From: the human T2T-CHM13v2.0 reference genome, Homo sapiens
Assembly (NCBI RefSeq): GCF_009914755.1
Contig: NC_060930.1
DNA: 64,000 nt
Reading direction: 5' to 3' (one strand)
In this document: in pieces, positions 25,444-39,095 of the stretch
Numbering within the stretch: the stretch's first letter is position 1
Layout: the number at the start of each line of letters is the position of its first letter
The notes under the pieces: generated by a model
What the model saw: the letters and a program-made list of their open reading frames with translations, nothing else
Databases searched by the model: none
What the model was told of the DNA's origin: nothing
Translations under genes and position numbers: made by a program

Positions 25444-25840
25444 TGTTATGGTTTGAATATTTGCCCCCTCCAAAACTCATGTTGAAATTTAATTCCCAAT
25501 GTGGCAGTCAGTATTGAGAAACTGGGTCATGAGAACTCTGCCGAATGGATTAACCCATTCATAAATCAATGAATTAATGGATTGTTATCATGGAAGTGGG
25601 ACTGGTGGCTTTACAAGAAGAGAGACCTGAACTAGGATGCTCAGCCCCCTCACCATGTGATGCCCTGTGCCACCAAGGGACTCTGCAGAGAGTCCCCACC
25701 AGCAAGAACGCCCTCAGCAGATATGGCCCCTCCACCTTGGACTCCTTAGCCTCTGTAACTATAAGAAATAAATTCTCTTCCTGCATACATTGCCCACGTT
25801 AAGGTATTCTATTGTAAGCAGCAGACAATGAACTAATATA
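25444..25840 (+). mobile_element. MST (B/D-like) solo LTR
   Basis: tgttatggtttgaatatttgccccctccaaaactcatg...atgaactaatata; approximate 5-bp TSD gggaa/gggga. Confidence 0.88.
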
Positions 25841-25959
25841 GGGGAACAAACATTATCACATTTACTCTGTACCTGTATAAATATTACAAAAAAATTATAG
25901 TTTTATCCTTTATACTTTAAAACATTTTGCATATTCCTGTGCATTAATTGACGAGAGAA

Positions 25960-26127
25960 TTTTGTTTTGTTTTGTTTTTTCTTTTTTTTCTTTTTGAGAC
26001 AGTCTTGCTCTGTAGCCTAGGCTGGAGTACAGTAGTGCAATTACTCACTGCAGCCTCGAACTGCTGGGCTGAAGCCATCCTCTGCCTCAGCCCTCCCATG
26101 CATGCACCACCACACCTGGCTTTTTTT
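25960..26127 (-). mobile_element. Alu right-arm monomer (FRAM or truncated AluJ)
   Basis: T-rich tail, then gagacagtcttgctctgtagcctaggctggagtacag...cacacctggc; no left arm. Confidence 0.88.
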
Positions 26128-26702
26128 CCACAGTAACTACACTTTATCAATCCAAAAAAAGATTCAGTGTCCTTGGTTGAGTCATTTCTTAGCTCTTGGA
26201 CTCAACTTATCTATAAAATTTGGCAGCTGAACTAGAACATCTCTAAGTGTTTAAATTCAAGGTTATAGTAAGACAAAGTCTCTGAACAAGCTATGAGGGA
26301 AATATCCATATAGTCCTGGGCATAAGACATTTAGCGTATTTCTTAATTAGTTAAGAGAAAGCAAAGCTTTTGGAAGAGAGACTTAAAAATAAAAAGACTT
26401 AAATAAGACTTGAGTTCTTGTCCCTCTCAGGTAACTGTCCAGCCACTGTAGCTGGCACGGGAGCCTTGATCCTGACATCATTTAGGAACTCTGGTTACTT
26501 GTTCTTCCACTATCCCCTAGGCTGGGGTTTCCAAGGGGAACTCCTGCCTAGCATTTCTTGGAGGAATATATATGTTTTCCCAAATCATGAATCCTTAAAA
26601 AAGATTAGTTGAGAAGTGAGAAAACCAGGAAAATGTGCCATAATTTTCCCATAATAATTAAAACATATCACCATTTGTAATCATCGGTTGGAAGGACTCT
26701 AA

Positions 26703-27033
<331 letters not shown>

Positions 27034-27412
27034 AATCTTTTTTATAGTCATTGTCATGTTATAAGTGTCTATTCCTGTCCCTGCCTGCTAATGAGTCATT
27101 TCTGCAAATAAAATAAATATTAATCAGTTTATATACATAGTACAAATCTTATGGATGATATTAGAAGAAATAACAAGTTTTAGTAGCAAAATAATTCCTT
27201 AATTTGGCAATTTCAACATGTGATTTAATGTAATAGTTCTGAAGCTTGCAGGGAGAGCTCAATGTTATATTATTCTACTACTACTCAAATAATGTTCATT
27301 GGCATATGCCAGTGTTTGAGTCTTCCTTATAGGCTAAAATTCTTTATAATTATGTTAACAGAAAAAATGCAAAGAGAAAAAGATATGAATGTTGTGAAAT
27401 ACTCCACCATGA

Positions 27413-27744
<332 letters not shown>

Positions 27745-27855
27745 TCAGAAACTGATCTAAAGTTTGAATTAGAAAAAGCAACTCCATTTCAAAGCAAAAC
27801 TAAAACCAGGGCAAGGCCGCCAAATATTTTAATCACTTAACAAAGCAAATGAGCT

Positions 27856-28082
27856 AAGTGGGAGTTGAACAATGAGAACACATGGACACAGGGAGGGGAA
27901 CATCACACACTGGGGCCTGTTGTGGCAGGGCTAGGGGAGGGATAGCATTAGGAGAAATACCTAATGTAGATGACGGGTTGATGGGTGCAGCAAACCACCA
28001 TGGCACGTGTATACCTATGTAACAAACCTGCACGGTCTGCGCACATGTATCCCAGAACTTAAAGTATAATAATAAAAAAAAA
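27856..28082 (+). mobile_element. L1PA7/8-like 3' end
   Basis: ctaatgtagatgacgggttgatgggtgcagcaaaccaccatggcacg; TSD aaagca(a/t)atgagct. Confidence 0.93.
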
Positions 28083-28609
28083 AAAGCATATGAGCTTATG
28101 TGAAGCCACATGTACCCTAAAAATCAAACTGAAGATGCTTTTGGATGAAATTTTAATCATTCAAACAATGTCAATACAATATGAAAGAAAAGTTTTTGTA
28201 ACTTCAGTATTTATCACAAAACAAACTGTAAGACTATCAGGACAGTTGGTGCTTTGTGTGTTTTAAAATATTTTTAAATCTCAAATATTTGTGGTCATAT
28301 CTTTTCTTTTTGATAATTTTGATTTGGAATTATTATTGTATCAATATTCCTTTTTTAACATTTTCCATTATCAGGGTCTATATCAGGTAAAGATTATTTC
28401 TATAAGCTACAGAAGTATAAAATCTTGTCACTACATATTGGCTCATGGTAATAATAAATCATGTATTTATCATCATGTCTTCTTAACAAAAAAATCTCTG
28501 AAGCTTTTAGCATAACCTTATCATTAAAAATATATACTTTTGGTTGTTATTATTATGATCACCCACTAAATTTAAAAACACACAAAGTGTGATTTTAAAA
28601 ATATAGAAT

Positions 28610-28940
28610 AACTTGTGACTCGGGGAATTCCTGAGGTAACTTCATCCTGAATCCCAAACATTAATATCCATGGGAAATTTGAAAACATTATCCATTGTCC
28701 TCATTGCAAGTCGAAGTCAAGAAGAGTTACATCCAGATTCCAGCTTGCATGAATGGGAAAGGGAAAGCATCCAAGACAAGCAACTTTCTTTCAAGCAAGT
28801 GAGATGGAAGTCATACACATCTTTCAATCACATTTCGGTGAGAACTTAGTCAAGTGACCACTCCCAGCTTCTCTAGCTAGGCTGCCGTGAGCCAAGGAAG
28901 AGCAGGGTAGACTATGGAAGACACAGCAATCTGCCACAAC
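28610..28940 (-). mobile_element. MLT1 LTR fragment
   Basis: gagaacttagtcaagtgaccactcccagc...agcaatctgccaca. Confidence 0.6.
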
Positions 28941-30809
28941 ATACTAATGCCTTATACTTAAACCTCTGTCATGTTTTCAAAAGTAAATGAAGGTAGTAAC
29001 GAATTTGTATCCAACTGAATATTGTGTTTTGATATATACAGCAGGTCAGACATCATTTTCTTTGTCTTTGATTGCCGTGAAACTCAGGAAAAAGAAGGTA
29101 CTTAAAGAGTAACATGACACATATTTTAAAATACATAGAATATTTAAGCATAATTTAGAGTCAAGACTGTATCTGTAAAAGTCATAATGAGAAGCGATAT
29201 AAATATAGATGCACAGATGAAAATAAGAAAACTGGGAAAACATGAGGCAATAATGAATGATAAAAGATATCCCTCCAGTATAATGAAGAGAATAAAAAGA
29301 TCCTTGTATCTTTTTACTTGCAAAGAAATTTTAAGCTGTTTGGATCCAAAATGTTTGCGTTTATAATGTGTAGCACATTCACATAAATATAAATGGTATA
29401 TGGGTCATTGCCAACCCTAGGTTAGGTTGCCACTTTAGACATTAGAGTCTTGACCTGAATAATCAAGTAGGGACCAAGACAAGTCCGCCTCTCACCTTTC
29501 CTGCAGGAATTCTTTCACAGAGTCAGTAGACTACTGACAGCCTTGCTAAGAAGGATTGAGCCCAGACAGTTATAAGAATTATACTCACTTATGTGTTAGC
29601 ACTAATTAACACCAAAAAATGAATAAAATTTTTACAGTGAGTGTCTGCTATCCATTTCCTGATCATCTTAGCCAAAAAACTGGTAAAAACCATTCTTTAA
29701 GAGTAGCTAAAGGAAATATCTGTTCAGATTTGGTATTAATTAATTTTTTTTCTCTTTGTCTTAGCTGAGCCTCCTCTGTGTGTCGCACACTGTGTTTGTC
29801 CTTGTTGGTCTAAGCTGACATTGATTTCATCTCCATATATGTTACAAGTTACCTCAAATGCGCAGACCTCTGCCACTGCATTTTTAAAGAGCAAAGAACT
29901 ATAAGATGCTGCATGTTTCACTTATTTACTCAGGAATGCCCAGAATCCACAATGCCATGCTCTCTGACTCTGTGCTACATTTTCTGTATTCTCGACTACT
30001 GGAAGAATGTTTTCTTAATTAGAGTTAAAGCAAAATGAAAAATATGCCCACTATGCAGCAGGAATATGGTAGTAGTGACACTTCCTGAAGATTACTAATA
30101 AATATACTCCTCAGTTATATTTCTTGAGTTTTTGTATTAACCCTGTTTTTAAAACAGTCTTTAGTGATAACATTTTGCCAACAGTCCTATTCAACATAAA
30201 AAGAAATTAGCTGAGTCTACACAAAACGTTACTTGAAATACGTGTTAAACTGTTATATTTTGCAACTCTGTACATGTGTAGTATGCAGCTGTGAAAGCAG
30301 CCTAAGGTAAGGACAGTGAATGCCCACATGTGTACAGTCCCTCTTGTATCTACGCAACTATTAATATCCTTTACACTCCTCTGTTTCAGCAGATTGGCCA
30401 CTTTTGTCAATAAAGCATCATTCAGTGGTTGCTTAATTCAGAAGCAAATGCTAAAGCCTTAATGGGGGGCAGTCAGGAACCTGAAAAGCTACAGAACCAA
30501 TCTCTTGCCATGTCTCAAAATTCAGGGAAAATATTGTACAAATTGTCTGATGTTGATGGTCTCCCTTTACTTTCCACCCTTTGAGGGCTGCTGTACAGGT
30601 TGAATGCCTGGCCTCGGACTGCATACTGAATCCATGCCTCTGTGATTGGAATGCAAAATTGGACACGTTGACCTCATTTAACAGTCTTTAAATAATGCTG
30701 GTCGCTTGTAGTTTTACACTGATTCACTATTTTAAGAAAAAATTATAATCCTAAGACTGCTTCATTTCTAACCAACTTAAAGACAGGAGAAAAACAGTGT
30801 AGAGACAGA

Positions 30810-31240
30810 AGATGTCAGGACAGGAGGTGAGAAAACCTTTGTTTCATTCCCAGAGCTGTCTCTAGGTGACATTTGGTGGCCACCTATCCTCTCCAAATCA
30901 CTGTTTTCTCATTTACTACATGAAAGGCTCAGACTAGATGATGGCTCAGCTCCCGTTAAAAGATTCTAGATAGAAAGAACCTTTACCAAACAAATCAAGT
31001 AGAACAACAGCTGTGATGGAAAGCAATCTATCCTAGGGCTCAGAGTATGAATCTGAAGTCAGAGAGGTTTCAGGACCCAGCTGCACGAACTTGCGAGAAC
31101 CAGTTGTCATCATCCCATAATATGTTGACCATCCCAGATTGCGAGGGAGAATTCAAACTGATAATTCATGTCAAGCATGTCAAGCACTTAGCATAATGCA
31201 TACGTGTAGCTAAATAAATGATAATAGTTATTAATATTTT
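30810..31240 (+). mobile_element. Two MIR fragments
   Basis: ctgttttctcatttactacatgaaaggctcagactagatg; agcacttagcataatgcatacgtgtagctaaataaatg. Confidence 0.55.
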
Positions 31241-32129
31241 ACATGTATAGTATATAGTGTAGACTCTGAATGGTATACTGGGTTTTTACATTCTAAAGTA
31301 TAATTTAAGAGGTATTAATGTGACCCACAGTTTATCCAAATTCTAAGAAAAGGGTGGTAAGAGAAGACAGGTCTAAACACTGAGGCCCAGAGTACTTCCT
31401 TAAACTGCTGCGAGGACTGGAAATTAGGTATGCAAAACCCTCATATATAGAAACCCATTAAATAGTAGCTCTTAGTTCATTGCTGCACATTGAAAGAGGT
31501 TAAATAATCAAAAGCCTATTGTCTTGGTTCACAATATATAATTATATTTACAATGCATACACTATCATGCTTTAAAAAATGTTTTTCCTCATTTAGATTT
31601 TACACTCAGTCCCTGGTCTAAAAAGAAATTCAATCTAAAAAAGGGATAATACAAAACTATCAGAGGACCAAAGTAGTATACTGCCAAAAAAACAGTTGTA
31701 TTTGATTCCTTTTTTCAAATCATCCCCCAGAGAAACTTAATTCAAATACTTTCGGTCTTACACACGAATTGAAAACTTGCAAAGGAAGTAGATGTATAAA
31801 AAATGTCTTAAAAAGAAGTTAGAGTAAAGATTTATTAAGATTGGAAAAAGTAAAGGAAAATAGTTATATTTTTCATTACAAATATTGAAAGATAGCCAAT
31901 TTCTATTTCCTGGATTTAATACCTGTGGTTGCCCAACACAGCCATTTCACATTTGTTGTTGAAGCAACTTTTTCAGCTTCTGGTGATGTATCAGGACTGA
32001 AATAATAACCTAACTTTGCAATACAGGTTAATGTGGTCCTTACATATAAAAAACATACTTTCTATGATGATAATCACACTCTTCTCCCTCATTTTTAAAA
32101 TCAGTTTCAAATATTGCCTACAAAGTAAT

Positions 32130-32830
32130 CCTCTGCTGTAATGATTTTACATATCTAAAGCTCTCCTTTGATTTTGTATTGCCTTCAAAATCAAAATTAA
32201 GTTTCTGGCCTGGTTGGTCAACATCATCCCATCATGGTGCTTCTGGGAATTGGCCTTTCAAAGTTTCCTTAACTCAGATTGAGCTTTCTATCCTGCTTCC
32301 CTCTTCTTCCACTCTCCAGTCATTCCCTTCTCCTTAGACACTTCCTTTTTGCCCTGTATATCTGATTATGGGTTGTCTATTCATCTGCCAAACCACTTCC
32401 TTCCAAACTTTGTCCTTCTCGTCTTCCATCTACTAAGAAAATTTTCAAGCTGTGAACTTGTCTATTGCAAACATAGTTCATGAAAAGAATCTCTTCTGCA
32501 CTCTTTCTTGAGTGTAGTCTCATAGTTCACTAAGAATTGTTTTAAGTTTTACCCTATGTTTTTTAAGTTGACCCTATGTTTATCTCTGTATTATTGGTAA
32601 TGCCTACCTCACTCTACCTCACTCTAGTATACAGTCCAAATATGTAATTACCCCTAGTGGCAGTCAGTCAATAAATATTTACTGAACCAGTCTGTTTTAG
32701 GCACCAGGCATCCAGCAGTAGATAAAAGTCCCTGCTCTCTTAAAGTTTACATAACAGTGGAAGAAAAAGAGACAAAGACTTAAGCAACAACAGCAACAAA
32801 AAAAGGTGATTTTAGATAGTGATAATATTG
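32130..32830. mobile_element. L2 fragments
   Basis: cagtcaataaatatttactgaacc...aaagtccctgctctcttaaagtttac, plus an upstream pyrimidine-rich L2-like tract. Confidence 0.5.
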
Positions 32831-34129
32831 TATGTGCCCATAAAACACAAAAGCGATTTTGACCATCATCATTTCCCTAAAGCCCATGAGATATTCTGTA
32901 AGCAAAACATCCTAAATGTGCTGATCATACTGACTCATAGCACATTCAGCCATCTTACAGAAGATCTTAACCAGGTGCATCATACTCACTTACAGAATTT
33001 TGATAGCCACAAAAATCTAGTAAAAGATATGCAGCGTGATGCAATTCAGTGCCACCTGGTAACATTTCTTCTTTTTTTTTTCTTTGTCTTGCAGCCAACC
33101 CAAGATATCCATTTTCTCTTTTGCCTAAAACCTAACCGCTAACAGTAAAGCCTCAGCCACTCTCATGGGCACCGATTTGCAGCCAAGGCTAGCCTCATAT
33201 ACAGTCAGAGATGACATTCTAATACAGTCATCACCATCAAAGGTCAGAACTTTTACAATTTCCTTTTGCTTGGCTTTGATCCAGGTCAAAAGAAAACCAA
33301 AGCCTGAAAAAAGGGCATCACCTGCATGTTTGTGTTTATTTAGAGCATGCTACTTCAGTGGAAGAAGTCGAGAACTATTTAAGGAATATCAACAATACTA
33401 AAAAGAAGTATTTTTTTAAGTTATATGTAAACTTAAGTCTTACAGGCCTTATGTAAAGAAGTTTGTATGAGGAGGTTTTCACTGTATATATAAGAAAAAC
33501 CTCAGTATTTGAAAGTAATGTAGTTTTGTATTTTCTCAAATAAAATAAGGGATATGGTACAGATATTATTATTTTTTTAATTCTGTGGTCAAAATTTGTC
33601 AATAATAGAATAAAATTATGCCTTCTATTAAATATGCAAATAAACTAAGCTCAACCAAAAATAGTCACTTTTATCAAATTTATATAATATTAATGAAAAC
33701 AAAATACAATAAATATTTTCAATTAAATATTTAGAACTTCTAGCCCCTCTGCTAGTTATATTTATTAATTTTCTAAGACTTCAGGAAGAAATTCATTTCT
33801 AAAAGACCAACATTTCACCAGAGTCCTCTGGCAAAATTCAATTTTAATTATAATTCATAATTATTAAGAACATAATTTATCTTTTTTGGGAGAGTAGGTA
33901 GAGTCTTCTAATCTAGGCAAAACCATTTGGGCCTTGGGGATCTATAATTTATTTCCTCTCAGCAAGATAATTAACCTAGAAGGATGCACTTATTTTCTTT
34001 AAAACTGTAGGGAATATTCATAGATTTTTTTCAATAGTAAATTCATTTCCCATGTGAACATTTTATACAGCATGTTTTGGTGTGAAATTCCATCCTACCA
34101 CTTTTCGGCTTTTATTAATATATCAGTTA

Positions 34130-34290
34130 TGTCACTAGGCCCTACAGCAACCATGGGAACAAGTAAATATTACACCTGATTTTAAGACAAGAAGCTGAAG
34201 ACAGAGGTCAAGTGACCCATCCAAAATCATTAAGTTTTCAAGCAGAGTTGGGCCCTCAATTTCTTGCCCCAACCACAGGCCCTGTCCACT
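34130..34290 (-). mobile_element. MIR
   Basis: gaagctgaagacagaggtcaagtgacccatccaaaatcat. Confidence 0.65.
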
Positions 34291-35019
34291 CTGATAAAAT
34301 CTTAGGTGGTAGCACCAGTACACAAAAAGAAGGAAAATGGATGGGGATTTTGCAGATAACCCAACCATAGGAACCCCAAGTGGTCAGTCAGAGTCACAGG
34401 GAATAGCTCAGATCCATACATAAGCCTGTGGTCACAAGGTGAGGAAGGGATCAAAGGCCAGCAGCTTACCTACCTGGAACTCTCATTGCAACCAGCGGGT
34501 TCCCTGGTCAAGAGCAGACATTGGGTACGGTCTTTCAGGAATGGAGAGGCAGGGTGCAAAGGGTTTATACCTACCTTCTGTGGGTAGGTGATAGGGAAAA
34601 CTTAATGGGGTGGTGGGGAGGAATGTTAACCCCAACAGGAGCTTTACACTCATCTGCCTCTGTGAAGTGCAATGTCTGATGTTCTTTTATTTCTTATATT
34701 TATGTTAAATTTAATATGAAAGGTAAGCAGAAAAGTTCCAAGTTTTCTCTTTTGATGCATATTAAGACATCAGTACAAGAACTATAGAGTTCATCAGCTA
34801 ATTCAGTTTGGGAAAAAAATATATGAAGGAATGATGAAAAAGACTGAGGAAAAAGGTTGAAAATATATGAAGGAATGATGAAAAGGAAATTTGGTAATCA
34901 TAAGATTTTATCAAAAATTCTGACCTAACAGTCCTTAAGAATAATTACCACTAAATGGAAAGAACACTTAATTGTTTTTAATGGAACTTTCTATTTTTGT
35001 TTTTTCTTTTCTTTTTATA

Positions 35020-35960
35020 ATTTACATGTTTACTTTTTATTATGGAAAGTTTCAAACACATAAAAGATGAAAGAATAGCATAAACCTCTACATAGGCACC
35101 ACCTTCCTGCAATAGTTCTGGTCAATCTTGTTTTATCTATAACACACCAATGCTCCAAGTCCCAGATTACTGAAGTAAATCTCATATTATCAATTCATCC
35201 ATAAATATTGCAGGATTCCAAAAATTTTTACCCGATACCATTATTACATTAGAATTCATAGTCATTACCTAACACTCACAAATATCCAGTTACTGTTCAA
35301 CATATGTCAATTAGCTCAACTGAGCTATTCTACAATGTATACATATTTCAAAACATCATGTTGTACACAATAAATGTATACGTTTTAAAAAAATAGAGAT
35401 GGGGTCTTGCTGTGTCACGCAGACTGGAGTGCAGTAGTACCATCATAGCTTACTGTAGCCTCGAACTCTTCGGCTCAAGCAATCCTCCTGCCTCAGCCTC
35501 TAGGGCAGTTGGGACTATATCCAGGTACCACCATGCCTGGCTAATTTTTAAGTTTTCTGTAGAGATGGGATCTCCCTATGTGGTCCAGGCTGGTCCTGAA
35601 CTCCTGGCCCCAAGCAATCTTTCCACTTCAGATTCTCAAAGTGCTGGGATCATAGGCATGAGGCACTGTGCCCAGCCAACATATACAATTTTCATTTGTC
35701 AATTAAAAGTAAATAAAATAAAATGTTTAAAAAGGTTCCAGCATATTTCATACATTGTGACTAGCCAGTAGGTCTCATGTCTCTTTAATCCAGGTTGCTA
35801 TTCTTTTTTTCCTTCTTGGAATTCATTTTTTAAACAAACCATAGGGTTTTTCACAGTCTGGATCTTGCCAATTGCTTCCTTGTAGTGTTGTTTCACTTGT
35901 TCTCCCATCCCCTGTATTTCCTGCAAATTGGTAGCTGAATAGGACTTTCATGTCATTTTC
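35020..35960 (-). mobile_element. L1ME-like fragment hosting an L1MA/MB 3' end (+, ~35315-35730)
   Basis: tattatggaaagtttcaaacacataaaag...; nested gctattctacaatgtatacatatttcaaaacatcatgttgtacac. Confidence 0.65.
35393..35678 (-). mobile_element. AluJ
   Basis: gatggggtcttgctgtgtcac...catagcttactgtagcctcgaactc...gtgcccagcc. Confidence 0.93.
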
Positions 35961-36224
35961 ATATACTCTGCAATGACTGCTAAGAAATTTCATCTCTCTG
36001 TCTTTGTGCTTTCCCACTGGCTCATCCTTCACAATGGACTTGTTCATTCATTTATGAAGCAACAATGAGTACCTACTGCACATACCCCAGCACTGAGCAC
36101 CAGGTGCAAAGATTATTGTGACACTGAAGTGAGGCCTAAAACTGTGCTTACCAAAAATGCAGTGTTGATCAAAACTTCCTTTTACAAATATAAGACAAAA
36201 TAATTTAATTTTTAACTCTAGAAG

Positions 36225-36340
36225 AAAACCACTATTCTTATCCTCCTTTTTAGATGAGGAAACTGAGGTTTAGAAAACTTTCATGATTTGCCCTAAGTTA
36301 CATCACAAGTCTTAGAATAAAGTTGGCATCCGTGTCATGA
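36225..36340 (-). mobile_element. MIR fragment
   Basis: ttttagatgaggaaactgaggtttag. Confidence 0.75.
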
Positions 36341-36447
36341 GACATAAGGAGCACAATCTTTGTAATCACACCAGCCTGGTTTGTAATGCAATAGCATGGT
36401 ACATTCCACTATATATGTAAGATATGATATATTTCACTGTAATACTG

Positions 36448-36787
36448 TGTCTTAGTCCATTTTCTGCTGCTATAACAGAATGCTACAAACTGAGTAATTT
36501 ATAAAGAACAGAGATTTACTTGGCTCATGGTTCTGGAGGCTGAGATGTCTAAGCATGGTACCAACATCCGGCAAGGGTCATCCTATGGCTGAAGGGTGGA
36601 AGGGCAAGTGAGCCCATGTGAAAGACGCCTTACTTTTATAACAAAGCAGCTCCCACTACAGTTAATCCATTCACGAGGATGACGCTCCCTTGACTTCATC
36701 ACTTCTTAAAGGTCCCAGCTCCCAATACTGTCACAATGGCAATTCAATTTCAACATGAGTTTTGGCAAGGACATCCAAACCATAGCA
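36448..36787 (-). mobile_element. MST solo LTR with 5-bp TSD
   Basis: tgtcttagtccattttctgctgctataacag...ccaaaccatagca; perfect TSD tactg at 36443-36447 and 36788-36792. Confidence 0.92.
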
Positions 36788-36875
36788 TACTGAAATATAA
36801 TGTACTTCAGTGTAAGTTTTTTGGCTTTCAATATTTCCTTCCCGACTCTGTCTTCCCCTTCCAGAAACCATATTC

Positions 36876-37541
36876 TTAAAAGTCAAAGTTTTCTTTTTTA
36901 ATCTTCAAAAGCCAAAGATTTTTTATGGCTACATAGTATTCCATGGTGTATATATGCCACATTTTCTTAATCCAGTCTATCATTGTTGGATATTTGGGTT
37001 GGTTCCAAGTCTTTGCTATTGTGAATAGTGCCACAATAAACATATGTGTGCATGTGTCTTTATAGCAGCATGTTTTATAATCCTTTGGGTATATACCCAG
37101 TAATGGGATGGCTGGGTCAAATGGTATTTCTAGTTCTAGATCCCTGAGGAATCGCCACACTGACTTCCACAGTGGTTGAACTAGTTTACAGTCCCACCAA
37201 CAGTGTAAAAGTGTTCCTATTTCTCCACATCCTTTCCAGCACCTGTTGTTTCCTGACTTTTCGATGATCACCATTCTAACTGGTGTGAGATGGTATCTCA
37301 TTGTGGTTTTGATTTGCATTTCTCTGATGGCCAGTGATGATGAGCATTTTTTCATGTGTCTTTTGGCTGCATAAATGTCTTCTTTTGAGAAGTGTCTGTT
37401 CATATCCTTTGCCCACTTTTTGATGGGGTTGTTTGTTTTTTTCTTGTAAATTTGTTTGAATTCATTGTAGATTCTGGGTATTAGCCCTTTGTCAGATGAG
37501 TAGATTGCAAAAGTTTTCTCCCATTCTGTACTATGCAGCAA
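36876..37541 (-). pseudogene. L1 ORF2p C-terminal remnant (cysteine-rich CCHC region)
   Basis: The 221-aa ORF contains [18 protein letters not shown] and WNQPK...[14 protein letters not shown] of L1 ORF2p; both ends lie outside native ORF2 context. Confidence 0.92.
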
Positions 37542-37974
37542 TAAAAAATGATGAGTTCATGTCCTTTGTAGGGACGTGGATGAAGCTGGAAACCATCATT
37601 CTCAGCAAACTATCACAAGGACAAAAAACCAAACACCGCATGTTCTCACTCATAGGTGGGAATTGAACAATGAGAACACATGGACACAGGAAGGGGAACA
37701 TCACACACCGGGGCCTGTTGTGGGGTAGGGGGAGGGGGGAGGGAGAGCAGTAAGAGATATACCTAATGTTAAATGACGAGTTAATGGGTGCAGCACACCA
37801 ACATGGCACATGTATATATACGTAACTAACCTGCACTTTGTGCACATGTACCCTAAAACTTAAAGTATAATTTAAAAAAATTTACATAGTCCTAAAGATT
37901 ATACCTTGCTAGAAGCTGTTTCCATTTCTAATGAGCAATTTGGCGATAAAATCAAATGCCTTAAAAAAAAAAAG
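36923..37974 (+). mobile_element. L1PA4-like element with 5' inversion and 3' transduction
   Basis: Inverted ORF2 segment 36923-37530, forward 3' end 37531-37880, non-L1 segment 37881-37962, poly-A, and 16-bp TSD aaaagccaaagatttt at 36907-36922 and 37975-37990. Confidence 0.96.
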
Positions 37975-38904
37975 AAAAGCCAAAGATTTTGGAATTCAAA
38001 AGCTAAAGCCACAATAGATAGATAGAAATCTGCTTCCTATTTAGAATGAGAGGAGAGCCAGGCTACTCTTCCCTAAAGGGTAAAGCTATGCCTAGAGTAT
38101 GCAGAGCCCCAGGCAAATATTTTGTAAAGTGGCTCTGCCTATATAAGAATCTGACTTAAAGTATATTACAAAATTCATGGACTCATGTGAGTATAGTAAC
38201 TTATCAATAAACATTTACAATAATGGGTAGAGAAGAGGTACTTTTGTATTTGTTTATTATCTAATCAATGAATGTAAAGATTCTCCATCCTGTGTTTGAC
38301 ATGAAAATTACCCAAAATCAATCCATCAGCACCATCCTGGCAATTTCGTTAAAAAAAAATACCATGCCAACCAACAAGAGCCATCTTCTCAGCAGGCTGC
38401 CCTCCTAAGACTGGGCTCAGTCATGATGCCCTGGGACAACTTCATAGGCAGGAATCCCAGAGCTCCTTGACTGAATCCTTGTGCAGCAGAGAGGGTCAAA
38501 GAGTGCCCCAAAAGAGAGCTAGGATCAAGGCCCACGTAGATTCCAGTCTAGCCCCATGGTGCCCTGCTCAGTTGGCATTGCCAGACCTGGCCAGGCCCAG
38601 GCTTCAAAGAAGGACTTAGAAACTTTTGTGGAAGGTACCCAAAGCAGGGTGGGCCAACAGAGGCCCAGACTCTGAAGCAGAAACCCTATTTGCAGTAATC
38701 AAAGGAAAATACTGGCAAAGTGTCACCCAGTCTAAAGGAAGGGAAGAAACACAGGAGGCTTGACCAGGGAATGAGATCACTTGAGACCCAAGACTCTGTG
38801 TCTCCTATCATAATTGTCTCTTTTTCACATGGGATGCCGGTTTCGTGTAGGGAAAACTATCTGTACTTGAAGAGAATTAAAGAAAACCAATCTTTTCCCA
38901 AAGG

Positions 38905-39095
38905 TAGAACGGTGGTGATACATTCCCAGTTGCATTGGCTATATAACCTTAAGCAATTAGTTAACTACTCTGAATTTCAATGTCCTCATCTGTAAAATGG
39001 GTATGGTAATATCTGCCTCTAAGAATTGCTCTAAAGATTTATTGAGCTAATATAGAATACATGTCTTGCTTATATGAGGCACTGAATAAATGCTT
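38905..39095 (+). mobile_element. MIR
   Basis: ccttaagcaattagttaactactctgaatttcaatgtcctcatctgtaaaatggg. Confidence 0.85.

Noticed and set aside
32541-32616. 20-bp and 10-bp tandem duplications
   Set aside because: Common slippage products.
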